This document shows positions 35,301 through 48,400 of a stretch of DNA of 64,000 nt, one piece after another; positions within the stretch are counted from its first letter, which is position 1; the number at the start of each line of letters is the position of its first letter. Made by a program: the position numbers and the translations under genes. Below the pieces are notes generated by a model that saw only the letters and a list, made by a program, of their open reading frames with translations, was not told the origin of the DNA and searched no databases. Origin of the DNA: Eledone cirrhosa. Lineage: Eukaryota. The stretch covers positions 132,370,001-132,434,000 of the forward strand of contig OZ024744.1 in assembly GCA_964016885.1 (NCBI GenBank), given 5' to 3'.

Positions 35301-38300
35301 TTTTACGTTTTTAGAAATATTTATATCTGATTTCAAATATTGATTTTTTTTAGGTTTTTCGAATTACCTTATATAATCAATTTTTTTTAGGTTTTTCAAA
35401 TTACCATAAGGTAATTTGAAAAACCTAAAAAAAATTGATCTGATTTCAAACATTGATTTTTTTAGCTTTTTCGACAAAATCTTATATAATCAATTTTCTT
35501 TAGGTTTTTCGAAAAAGAATGAATTTGAGTTCATAGTCGAAATATATACTTCTGCATTAATCTTTTTACGTTTTTTTGAAAAAATTAATGCTTTTACAAA
35601 TCTTTTGAAATATTTACTTTCTAGTTTCAAATTTTGCAGATTAAATTTTTCTCGAAAAACCTAAAAAATCAGTTGTCGAAATCAGAAGTTAATATTTCGT
35701 AAAACGCAATTTGAAAAACTCATATTAATTTTTTTTCGAAAACTTATTATATAATCAATTTTTTTATACTTTTAGAAATATTTATATCTGATTTCAAATA
35801 TTGATTTTTTTAGGTTTTTCGAAAACCCTATATAATCAATTTTTTTGTACTTTTAGAAATATCTATATCTGATTTCATGTATTGATTTTTTTATATTTTT
35901 CGAAAAAGCTTAGATAATCAATTTTTTTAGGTCTTTCGAAAACATTATATAATCAATTTTTTTTTAGGTTTTTCGAAAAAACCTTATATAATCAATTTTT
36001 TTTAGGTTTTTCAAATATTGATTTTTTTAGCTTTTTCGACAAAATCTTATATAATCAATTTTTTTTAGGTTTTTCGAAAAAGAATGAATTTGAGTTCATA
36101 GTCGAAATATATACTTCTGCATTAATCTTTTTACGTTTTTTTGATTTTTTTAAAAAAACGTAAAAACTTAATGCTTTTACAAATCTTTTGAAATATTTAC
36201 TTTCTAGTTTCAAATTTTGCAGATTAAATTTTTCTCGAAAAACCTAAAAAATCAGTTGTCGAAATCAGAAGTTAATATTTCGAAAAACGCAATTTGAAAA
36301 ACTCATATTAATTTTTTTTCGAAAACATTATATAATCAATTTTTTAGAAATATTTATATCTGATTTCAAATATTAATCAATATTTTTAGGTTTTTCGAAA
36401 ACCCTATATAATCAATTTTTTTGTACTTTTAGAAATATCTATATCTGATTTCATGTATTGATTTTTTTATATTTTTCGAAAAAGCTTAGATAATCAATTT
36501 TTTTAGATCTTTCGAAAACATTATATAATCAATTTTTTTTTAGGTTTTTCGAAAAAACCTTATATAATCAATTCTTTTTAGGTTTTTTCGAAAAATCTTA
36601 TATAATCAATTTTTTTACGTTTTTAGAAAAACCTTATATAATCAATTTTTTTTAGATTTTTCAAAAAACCTTATATAATCAATTTTTTTTGTTTTTTTGA
36701 AAAATCTTATATAATCAATTTTTTTACGTTTTTAGAAATATTTATATCTGATTTCAAATATTGATTTTTTTTAGGTTTTTCGAATTACCTTATATAATCA
36801 ATTTTTTTTAGGTTTTTCAAATTACCATAAGGTAATTTGAAAAACCTAAAAAAAATTGATCTGATTTCAAACATTGATTTTTTTAGCTTTTTCGACAAAA
36901 TCTTATATAATCAATTTTCTTTAGGTTTTTCGAAAAAGAATGAATTTGAGTTCATAGTCGAAATATATACTTCTGCATTAATCTTTTTACGTTTTTTTGA
37001 AAAAATTAATGCTTTTACAAATCTTTTGAAATATTTACTTTCTAGTTTCAAATTTTGCAGATTAAATTTTTCTCGAAAAACCTAAAAAATCAGTTGTCGA
37101 AATCAGAAGTTAATATTTCGTAAAACGCAATTTGAAAAACTCATTAATTTTTTTTCGAAAACTTATTATATAATCAATTTTTTTATACTTTTAGAAATAT
37201 TTATATCTGATTTCAAATATTGATTTTTTTAGGTTTTTCGAAAACCCTATATAATCAATTTTTTTGTACTTTTAGAAATATCTATATCTGATTTCATGTA
37301 TTGATTTTTTTATATTTTTCGAAAAAGCTTAGATAATCAATTTTTTTAGGTCTTTCGAAAACATTATATAATCAATTTTTTTTTAGGTTTTTCGAAAAAA
37401 CCTTATATAATCAATTTTTTTTAGGTTTTTCAAATATTGATTTTTTTAGCTTTTTCGACAAAATCTTATATAATCAATTTTTTTTAGGTTTTTCGAAAAA
37501 GAATGAATTTGAGTTCATAGTCGAAATATATACTTCTGCATTAATCTTTTTACGTTTTTTTGATTTTTTTAAAAAAACGTAAAAAATTAATGCTTTTACA
37601 AATCTTTTGAAATATTTACTTTCTAGTTTCAAATTTTGCAGATTAAATTTTTCTCGAAAAACCTAAAAAATCAGTTGTCGAAATCAGAAGTTAATATTTC
37701 GAAAAACGCAATTTGAAAAACTCATATTAATTTTTTTTCGAAAACATTATATAATCAATTTTTTAGAAATATTTATATCTGATTTCAAATATTGATTTTT
37801 TTAGGTTTTTCGAAAACCCTATATAATCAATTTTTTTGTACTTTTAGAAATATCTATATCTGATTTCATGTATTGATTTTTTTATATTTTTCGAAAAATT
37901 TTATATAATCAATTTTTTTACGTTTTTAGAAAAACCTTATATAATCAATTTTTTTTAGGTTTTTCGAAAAACCTTATATAATCAATTTTTTTATGTTTTT
38001 TCGAAAAATCTTATATAATCAATTTTTTTACGTTTTTAGAAATATTTATATCTGATTTCAAATATTGATTTTTTTTAGATTTTTCGAAATACCTTATATA
38101 ATCAATGTTTTTTAGGTTTTTCAAATTACCTTATATAATCAATTTTTTTTATCAGATTTCAAATATTGATTTTTTTTAGCTTTTTCGACAAAATCTTATA
38201 TAATCAATTTTTTTTAGGTTTTTCGAAAAAGAATGAATTTGAGTTCATAGTCGAAATATATACTTCTGCATTAATCTTTTTACGTTTTTTTGATTTTTTT

Positions 38301-41100
38301 TAAAAAAACGTAAAAAATTAATGCTTTTACAAATCTTTTGAAATATTTACTTTCTAGTTTCAAATTTTGCAGATTAAATTTTTCTCGAAAAACCTAAAAA
38401 ATCAGTTGTCGAAATCAGAAGTTAATATTTCGAAAAACGCAATTTGAAAAACTCATATTAATTTTTTTTCGAAAACATTATATAATCAATTTTTTAGAAA
38501 TATTTATATCTGATTTCAAATATTAATCAATATTTTTAGGTTTTTCGAAAACCCTATATAATCAATTTTTTTGTACTTTTAGAAATATCTATATCTGATT
38601 TCATGTATTGATTTTTTTATATTTTTCGAAAAAGCTTAGATAATCAATTTTTTTAGATCTTTCGAAAACATTATATAATCAATTTTTTTTTAGGTTTTTC
38701 GAAAAAACCTTATATAATCAATTCTTTTTAGGTTTTTTCGAAAAATCTTATATAATCAATTTTTTTACGTTTTTAGCAAAACCTTATATAATCAATTTTT
38801 TTTAGATTTTTCAAAAAACCTTATATAATCAATTTTTTTTGTTTTTTTGAAAAATCTTATATAATCAATTTTTTTACGTTTTTAGAAATATTTATATCTG
38901 ATTTCAAATATTGATTTTTTTTAGATATTTCGAAATACCTTATATAATCAATTTTTTTTAGGTTTTTCAAACTACCTTATATAATCAATTTTTTTCATCA
39001 GATTTCAAATATTGATTTTTTTTTAGCTTTTTCGACAAAATCTTATATAATCAATTTTTTTTAGGTTTTTCGAAAAAGAATGAATTTGAGTTCATAGTCG
39101 AAATATATACTTCTGCATTAATCTTTTTACGTTTTTTTGATTTTTTTTAAAAAAACGTAAAAAATTAATGCTTTTACAAATCTTTTGAAATATTTACTTT
39201 CTAGTTTCAAATTTTGCAGATTAAATTTTTCTCGAAAAACCTAAAAAATCAGTTGTCGAAATCAGAAGTTAATATTTCGAAAAACGCAATTTGAAAAACT
39301 CATATTAATTTTTTTTCGAAAACATTATATAATCAATTTTTTAGAAATATTTATATCTGATTTCAAATATTGATTTTTTTAGGTTTTTCGAAAACCCTAT
39401 ATAATCAATTTTTTTGTACTTTTAGAAATATCTATATCTGATTTCATGTATTGATTTTTTTATATTTTTCGAAAAATCTTATATAATCAATTTTTTTACG
39501 TTTTTAGAAAAACCTTATATAATCAATTTTTTTTAGGTTTTTCGAAAAACCTTATATAATCAATTTTTTTATGTTTTTTCGAAAAATCTTATATAATCAA
39601 TTTTTTTACGTTTTTAGAAATATTTATATCTGATTTCAAATATTGATTTTTTTTAGATTTTTCGAAATACCTTATATAATCAATTTTTTTTAGGTTTTTC
39701 AAATTACCTTATATAATCAATTTTTTTTATCAGATTTCAAATATTGATTTTTTTAGCTTTTTCGACAAAATCTTATATAATCAATTTTTTTTAGGTTTTT
39801 CGAAAAAGAATGAATTTGAGTTCATAGTCGAAATATATACTTCTGCATTAATCTTTTTACGTTTTTTTGATTTTTTTTAAAAAAACGTAAAAAATTAATG
39901 CTTTTACAAATCTCTTGAAATATTCACTTTCTAGTTTCAAATTTTGCAGATTAAATTTTTCTCGAAAAACCTAAAAAATCAGTTGTCGAAATCAGAAGTT
40001 AATATTTCGTAAAACGCAATTTGAAAAACTCATATTAATTTTTTTTCGAAAACTTATTATATAATCAATTTTTTTATACTTTTAGAAATATTTATATCTG
40101 ATTTCAAATATTGATTTTTTTAGGTTTTTCGAAAACCCTATATAATCAATTTTTTTGTACTTTTAGAAATATCTATATCTGATTTCATGTATTGATTTTT
40201 TTATATTTTTCGAAAAAGCTTAGATAATCAATTTTTTTAGGTCTTTCGAAAACATTATATAATCAATTTTTTTTTATATAATCAATTATATAATCAATTC
40301 TTTTTAGGTTTTTTCGAAAAATCTTATATAATCAATTTTTTTACGTTTTTAGAAAAACCTTATATAATCAATTTTTTTTAGATTTTTCAAAAAACCTTAT
40401 ATAATCAATTTTTTTTAGGTTTTTCGAAAAACCTTATATAATCAATTTTTTTTGTTTTTTTGAAAAATCTTATATAATCAATTTTTTTACGTTTTTAGAA
40501 ATATTTATATCTGATTTCAAATATTGATTTTTTTTAGGTTTTTCGAATTACCTTATATAATCAATTTTTTTTAGGTTTTTCAAATTACCATAAGGTAATT
40601 TGAAAAACCTAAAAAAAATTGATCTGATTTCAAACATTGATTTTTTTAGCTTTTTCGACAAAATCTTATATAATCAATTTTCTTTAGGTTTTTCGAAAAA
40701 GAATGAATTTGAGTTCATAGTCGAAATATATACTTCTGCATTAATCTTTTTACGTTTTTTTGAAAAAATTAATGCTTTTACAAATCTTTTGAAATATTTA
40801 CTTTCTAGTTTCAAATTTTGCAGATTAAATTTTTCTCGAAAAACCTAAAAAATCAGTTGTCGAAATCAGAAGTTAATATTTCGTAAAACGCAATTTGAAA
40901 AACTCATATTAATTTTTTTTCGAAAACTTATTATATAATCAATTTTTTTATACTTTTAGAAATATTTATATCTGATTTCAAATATTGATTTTTTTAGGTT
41001 TTTCGAAAACCCTATATAATCAATTTTTTTGTACTTTTAGAAATATCTATATCTGATTTCATGTATTGATTTTTTTATATTTTTCGAAAAAGCTTAGATA
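32317..41100. repeat. 7-monomer higher-order repeat of satellite A, period 5,184 bp (about 1.7 copies)
   Basis: Anchor pairs 32317/37501, 33047/38231, 33894/39078, 34624/39808 and 35517/40701 all differ by 5,184. Shared private variants include TAGCAAAACC, CAAACTACC and TTCATCAG. Confidence 0.9.
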
Positions 41101-43649
41101 ATCAATTTTTTTAGGTCTTTCGAAAACCTTATATAATCAATTTTTTTTTAGGTTTTTCGAAAAAACCTTATATAATCAATTTTTTTTAGGTATTTTCGAA
41201 AAATCTTACATAATCAATTTTTTTACGTTTTTAGAAATATTTATATCTGATTTCAAATATTGATTTTTTTTAGATTTTTCGAAATACCTTATTTTTAGGT
41301 TTTTCAAATTACCCCGACTTAACCCCGACTTAACTTAACCCCAACTTAACTTAACCCCAACTTAACTTAACCCCAACTTAACTTAACCCCAACTTGACTT
41401 AACCCCAACATAACTCACACCCAACTTAACTTACCCCCAACTTAACTTAACCCCAACTTGACTTAACCCCAACTTAACTTAACCCCAACTTAACTTAACG
41501 CCAAAGTCGGAGTTAAGTTAAGTTGGGGTTAAGCTAAGTTGGGGGTAAGTTAAGTTGGGGGTAAGTTAAATTGGGGTTAAGTTAAGTTGGGGTTAAGTTA
41601 GGGTTAAGTTAAGTTGGGTATAAGTTAAGTTGGGGTTGAGTGAAGTTGGGGTTAAGTTAAGTTAGGGTTAATTTAAGTTGGGGTTAAGTTAAGTTGGGGT
41701 TAACTTAAGTTGGGGTTAAGTTAAGTTGGGGTTAATTTAGGTTGGGGTTAAGTTAAGTTGGGGTTAAGATAAGTTGGGGTTAAGTTAAATTGAGATTAAG
41801 TTAACTTGGGTTTGAGTTAAGTTGGGGATAAGTTAAGTGGTGGTTATGTTAAGTTGGGGTTAAGTTAAGTTGGGGTTAACCCCAACTTAACTTAACCCCA
41901 ACTTAACTTAACCCCAACTTCACTCAACCCCAACTTAAATTAACCCCAACTTCACTCAACCCCAACTTAACTCAACCCCAACTTAAATTAACCCCAACTT
42001 AACTTAACCCTGACTTAACTTAACCCCGACTTAACTTCACCCCGACTTAACTTAACCCCAACTTAACTTAAACCCCAACTTAACTTAACCCCAACTTAAC
42101 TTAACCCCAACTTGACTTAACCCCAACTTAACTCACACCCAACTTAACTTACCCCCAACTTAACTTAACCACAACTTGACGTAAACCCAACTTAACTTAA
42201 CCCCAACTTAACTTAACCCCAAAGTCGGAGTTCAGTTAAGTTGGGGTTCAGTTAAGTTAGGCTTAACTTAAGTTGGGGTTAAGTTAAGTTGGGGGTAAGT
42301 TAAGTTGGGGGTAAGTTAAGTTGGGGTTAAGTTAAGTTGGGGTTAAGTTGGGGTTAAGTTAAGTTAGGGTTAAGTTAAGTTGGGGTTGAGTTAAGTTGGG
42401 GTTAAGTTAAGTGGTGGTTATGTTAAGTTGGGGTTAAGTTAAGTTGGGGTTAAATTAAGTGGGGTTAACTTAAGTTGGGTGTAAGTTAAGTTGGGGTTGA
42501 GTGAAGTTGGGGTTAAGTTAAGTTGGGGTTAAGTTAAGTTAGGGTTAATTTAAGTTGGGGTTATGTTAAGTTGGTGTTAAGTTAAGTTGGGGTTAAGTCG
42601 AGTTGGGGTTAAGTTAAGTTGGGGTTAAGTTAAATTGGTGTTAAGTTAAGTTGGGGTTAAGTTAAGTTGGGGTTAGTTAAGTTGAGTTTAAGTTAAGTTG
42701 GGGTTAATTTAAGTTGGGGTTAAGTTAAGTTGGGGTTGAGTTAAGTTGTGGTTAAGTTAAGTTGGGGTTAGGTTAAGTTGGGGTTAAGTTAAGCTGGGGT
42801 TAAATTAAGTTGGGGTTAAGTTAAGTTGGGGTTAGGTTAAGTTGGGGTTAACCCCAACTTCACTCAACCCCAACTTAACTTAACCCCAACTTCACTCAAC
42901 CCCAACTTAACTCAACCCCAACTTAACTTAACCCCAACTTAACTTAACCCTAACTTAACTTAACCCCGACTTAAACTTAACCCCGACTTAACTTAACCCC
43001 AACTTAACTTAACCCCAACTTAATTTAACCCCAACTTAACTTAATCCCAACTTGACTTAACCCCAACTTAACTCACACCCAACTTAACTTACCCCCAACT
43101 TAACTTAACTTAACCCCAAAGTCGGAGTTAAGTTAAGTTGGGGTTAAGTTAAGTTAGGCTTAACTTAAGTTGGGGTTAAGTTAAGTTGGGGGTAAGTTAA
43201 GTTGGGGGTAAGTTAAGTTGGGGTTAAGTTAAGTTGGGGTTAAGATAAGTGGTGGTTATGTTAAGTTGAGGTTAAGTTAAGTTAGGGTTAAATTAAGTTG
43301 GGGTTAAGTTAAGTTGGGTGTAAGTTAAGTTGGGGTTAAGTAGAGTTGGGGTTAAGTTAAGTTGGGGTTAAGTTAAGTTGGTGTTAAGTTGGGGTTAAGT
43401 TAAGTTGGGGTTAAGTTGGGGTTAAGTTAAGTGGTGGTTATGTTAAGTTGAGGTTAAGTTAAGTTAGGGTTAAATTAAGTTGGGGTTAAGTTAAGTTGGG
43501 TGTAAGTTAAGTTGGGGTTGAGTGAAGTTGGGGTTAAGTTAAGTTGGGGTTAAGTAGAGTTGGGGTTAAGTTAAGTTGGGGTTAAGTTAAGTTGGTGTTA
43601 AGTTGGGGTTAAGTTAAGTTGGGGTTAAGTTGGGGTTAAGTTAAGTGGT

Positions 43650-45380
43650 GGTTATGTTAAGTTGGGGTTAACTTAAGTTGGGGTTAATTTAAATTGGGGT
43701 TAAGTTAACTTTGTGGTTAAGTTAAGTTGGGGTTAAGTTAAGTTGGGGTTAAATTAAGTTGGGGTTGAGTGAAGTTGGGGTTAAGTTAAGTTGGGGTTAA
43801 GTTAAGTTGGGGTTAACTGAAGTTGGGTTTAAGTTAAGTTGCGGTTAAGTTAAGTTGGGGTTAAGTTAAGTTGGGGTTAATTTAAGTCGGGGTTAATTTA
43901 AGTTGGGGTTGAGTTAAGTTGGGGTTAATTTAAGTTGAGGTTATGTTAAGTTGGGGTTAATTTAAGTTGGGGTTAAGTTAAGTTGGGGTTAAGTTAAGTT
44001 GGGGTTAATTTAAGTTGGGATTAAGTTCAGTTGGGGTTAAATTAAGTTGGGGTTAAGTTAAGCTGGGGTTAAATTAAGTTGGGGTTAAGTTAAGTTGGGG
44101 TTAAGTTAAGTTGGGGTTAAGTTAAGTTAGGGTTAATTTAAGTTGGGGTTATGTTAAGTTGGGGTTAAGTTAAGTTGGGGTTAAGTCGAGTTGGGGTTAA
44201 GTTAAGTTGGGGTTAGTTAAGTTGAGTTTAAGTTAAGTTGGGGTTAATTTAAGTTGGGGTTAAGTTAAGTTGGGGTTCAGTTAAGTTGGGGTTAAGTTAA
44301 GTTGGTTTAAGTTAAGTTGGGGTTAGGTTAAGTTGGGGATAAGTTAAGTTGGGGATAAGGTAAGTTGGGGTTAAGTTAAGTTGGGTTTAAGTTAAGTTGG
44401 GGTTAAGTTAAGTTAGGCTTAACTTAAGTTGGGGTTAAGTTAAGTTGGGGGTAAATTAAGTTGGGGGTTAGTTAAGTTGGGGTTAAGTTAAGTTGGGGTT
44501 AAGTTAAGTGGTGGTTATGTTAAGTTGGGGTTAAGTTAAGTTGGGGTTAATTTAAATTGGGGTTAAGTTAACTTTGTGGTTAAGTTAAGTTGGGGTTAAG
44601 TTAAGTTGGGGTTAAATTAAGTTGGGGTTGAGTGAAGTTGGGGTTAAGTTAAGTTGGGGTTAAGTTAAGTTGGGGTTAACTGAAGTTGGGTTTAAGTTAA
44701 GTTGCGGTTAAGTTAAGTTGGGGTTAAGTTAAGTTGGGGTTAATTTAAGTCGGGGTTAATTTAAGTTGGGGTTGAGTTAAGTTGGGGTTAATTTAAGTTG
44801 AGGTTATGTTAAGTTGGGGTTAATTTAAGTTGGGGTTAAGTTAAGTTGGGGTTAAGTTAAGTTGGGGTTAATTTAAGTTGGGATTAAGTTCAGTTGGGGT
44901 TAAATTAAGTTGGGGTTAAGTTAAGCTGGGGTTAAATTAAGTTGGGGTTAAGTTAAGTTGGGGTTAAGTTAAGTTGGGGTTAAGTTAAGTTAGGGTTAAT
45001 TTAAGTTGGGGTTATGTTAAGTTGGGGTTAAGTTAAGTTGGGGTTAAGTCGAGTTGGGGTTAAGTTAAGTTGGGGTTAGTTAAGTTGAGTTTAAGTTAAG
45101 TTGGGGTTAATTTAAGTTGGGGTTAAGTTAAGTTGGGGTTCAGTTAAGTTGGGGTTAAGTTAAGTTGGTTTAAGTTAAGTTGGGGTTAGGTTAAGTTGGG
45201 GATAAGTTAAGTTGGGGATAAGGTAAGTTGGGGTTAAGTTAAGTTGGGTTTAAGTTAAGTTGGGGTTAAGTTAAGTTAGGCTTAACTTAAGTTGGGGTTA
45301 AGTTAAGTTGGGGGTAAATTAAGTTGGGGGTTAGTTAAGTTGGGGTTAAGTTAAGTTGGGGTTAAGTTAAGTGGTGGTTA
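43650..45380 (+). repeat. ~863-bp tandem duplication private to satellite B block 2
   Basis: Markers AACTGAAG at 43815/44678 and GTCGAG at ~44185/45048; single copy in block 1 (~8.9-9.7 kb). End points are approximate. Confidence 0.8.
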
Positions 45381-45439
45381 TGTTAAGTTGGGGTTAAGTT
45401 AAGTTGGGGTTAAATTAAGTTGGGGTTAAGTTATGTTGG

Positions 45440-48400
45440 GTGTAAGTTAAGTTGGGGTTGAGTGAAGTTGGGGTTAAGTTAAGTTGGGGTTAAGTTAAGT
45501 TAGGGTTAATTTAAGTTGGGGTTATGTTAAGTTGGGGTTAAGTTAAGTTGGGGTTAAGTAGAGTTGGGGTTAAGTTAAGTTGGGGTTAAGTTAAGTTGGT
45601 GTTAAGTTGGGGTTAAGTTAAGTTGGGGTTAAGTTAAGTCGGAGTTAAGTTAAGTTGGGGTTGAGTTAAGTTGGGGTTAATTTAAGTTGAGGTTATGTTA
45701 AGTTGGGGTTAATTTAAGTTGGGGTTAATTTAAGTTGGGGTTAATTTAAGTTGGGGTTAAGTTAAGTTGGGGTTAAGTTGAGGTTAAGTTAAGTTGTGGT
45801 TAAGTTAAGTTGGGGCTAAGTTAAGTTGGGGCTAAGTTAAGTTGGGGCTAAGTTAAGTTGGGGTTAAGTTAAGTTGGGGTTAAGTTAAGTTGGGTTTAAT
45901 TTAAGTTGGGGTCAACTTAAGTTGGGGTTAAGTTGAGTTGGGGTTAAATTAAGTTGGGGTTAATTTAAGTTGGGGCTAAGTTAAGTTGGGGCTGAGTTAA
46001 GTTGGGGTTAAGTTAAGTTGGGGTTAAGTTAAGTTGGGGTTAAGTTAATTTTGGGTTAAGTTAAGTTGTGTTTCAGTTAAGTTGGGGTTAAGTTAAGTTT
46101 GGGTTAATTTGGGGTTAAATTAAGTTGGGGTTAAGTTAAGTTGGGGTTAAGTTAAGTTGGGGTTAAGTTAAGTTGGGGTTAATTTAAGTTGGGGTTAAGT
46201 TAAGTCGGGGTTAAGTTAAGTCGGTGTTAAGTTAAGTTAGGGTTAAGTTAAGTTGGGGTTAAGTTAAGTTGGCTTTAAGTTAAGCTGGGGTTAAGTTAAG
46301 TTGGGGTTAAATTAAGTTGGGGTTAAGTTAAGTTGGGGTTAGGTTAAGTTTGGGTTAGGTTAAGTTGGGGTTAAATTAAGTTGGGGTTAAGTTAAGTTGG
46401 GGTTAAGTTAAGTTGGGGTTAGGTTAAGTTGGGGATAAGTTAAGTTGGGGATAATTTAAGTTGGGGTTAAGTTAAGTTGGGTTTAAGTTAAGCTGGGGTT
46501 AAGTTAAGTTGGGGTTAAATTAAGTTGGGGTTAAGTTAAGTTGGGGTTAAGTTAAATTTGGGTTAGGTTAAGTTGGGGATTAGTTAAGTTGGGGATAAGT
46601 TAAGTTGGGGTTAAGTTAAGTTGGGTTTAAGTTAAGTTGTGGTTAAGTTAAGTTGGGGTTAAGTTAAGTTGGGGGTTAAGTTAAGTTGGGGTTAGGTTAA
46701 GTTGGGGAAAGTTAAGTTGGGGATAATTTAAGTTGGGGTTAAGTTAAGTTGGGTTTAAGTTAAGCTGGGGTTAAGTTAAGTTGGGGTTAAATTAAGTTGG
46801 GTTTAAGTTAAGTTGGGGTTAAGTTAAGTCGGGGTTAAGTTAAGTTGGGGTTGAGTTAAGTTGGGGTTATTTTAAGTTGAGGTTATGTTAAGTTGGGGTT
46901 AATTTAAGTTGGGGTTAAGTTAAGTTGGGGTTAATTTAAGTTGGGGTTAAGTTCAGTTGGGGTTAATTTAAGTTGGGGTTAAGTTAAGTTGGGTTTAAGT
47001 TAAGTTGGGGTTAAGTTAAGTTGGGGTTAAGTTAAGTTGGGTTTAAGTTAAGTTGGGGCTAAGTTAAGTTGGGTCTAATTTGAGTTGGGGTTAAGTTAAG
47101 TTGGGGTTAAGTTAAGTTGAGGTTAAATTAAGTTGGGGTTAATTAAGTTGGGGTTAAGTTAAGTTGGGGTTAAGTTAAGTTGAGGTTAAGTTAACTTGGG
47201 GTTAAGTTAAGTTGGGGTTAAGTTAAGTTGGGGTTGAGTTAAGTTGGGGTTGAGTTAAGTTGGGGTTAAGTTAAGTTGGGGTTAAGTTAAGTTGGGGTTA
47301 AGTTAAGTTGGGGTTAATTTAAGTTCGGGTTAAGTTAAGTTCGGGGTAAGCTAAGTTGGGGTTAAGTTAAATCGGGTCTAAGTTAAGTGGGAGGTTAAGT
47401 TAAGTTGGGGTTGAGTTAAGTTGTGGTTAAGTTAACTTGGGGTTAAGTTAAGTTAAGTTTGAGTTAAGTTGGGGTTAAGTTGGGGTTAAGTTAAGTTGGG
47501 GTTAAGTTACGTTGGGGTTAAGTTAAGTTGGGGTTAAGTTGAGGTTAAGTTAAGTTGTGGTTAAGTTAAGTTGGGGCTAAGTTAAGTTGGGGCTAAGTTA
47601 AGTTGGGGTTAAGTTAAGTTGGGGTTAATTTAAGTTGGGGTTAGGTTAAGTTGGGGATAAGTTAAGTTGGGGATAAGTTAAGTTGGCGTTAAGTTAAGTT
47701 GGGTTTACGTTAAGCTGGGGTTAAGTTAAGTTGGGGTTAAATTAAGTTGGGGTTAAGTTAAGTTTGGGTTAGGTTAAGTTGGGGATAAGTTAAGTTGGGG
47801 ATAAGTTAAGTTGGGGTTAAGTTAAGTTGGGTTTAAGTTAAGTTGGGGTTAAGTTAAGTTGGGGTTAAGTTAAGTTGGGGTTAGGTTAAGTTGGGGTTAA
47901 CCCCAACTTAACTTAACCCCAACTTAACTTAACCCCAACTTAACTTAACCCTAACTTAACTTAACCCCGACTTAACGTAAGCCCGACTTAACTTAACCCC
48001 ATCTTAACTTACCCCCAAACTTAACTTAACCCCAAAGTCGGAGTTAAGTTGGGGTTAAGTTAAGTTGGGGTTAAGTTAAGTGGTGGTTATGTTAAGTTGG
48101 GGTTAAGTTAAGTTGGGGTTAAATTAAGTTGGGGTTAAGTTAAGTTGGGTGTAAGTTAAGTTGGGGTTGAGTGAAGTTGGGGTTAAGTTAAGTTGGGGTT
48201 AAGTAGAGTTGGGGTTAAGTTAAGTTGGGGTTAAGTTAAGTTGGTGTTAAGTTGGGGTTAAGTTAAGTTGGGGTTAAGTTAAGTTGGGGTTGAGTGAAGT
48301 TGGGGTTAAGTTAAGTTGGGGTTAAATTAATTTGGGGTTAACTTAAGTTGGGTTTAAGTTAAGTTGCGGTTAAGTTAAGTTGGGGTTAAGTTAAGTTGGG

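Larger units (their letters stand above)
28307..41312. repeat. AT-rich satellite A, block 2 (~13 kb, 17 core anchors)
   Basis: Anchor at 28988, 29597, 30453, 31016, 31744, 32317, 33047, 33894, 34624, 35517, 36082, 36938, 37501, 38231, 39078, 39808 and 40701. Same orientation as block 1. Confidence 0.97.
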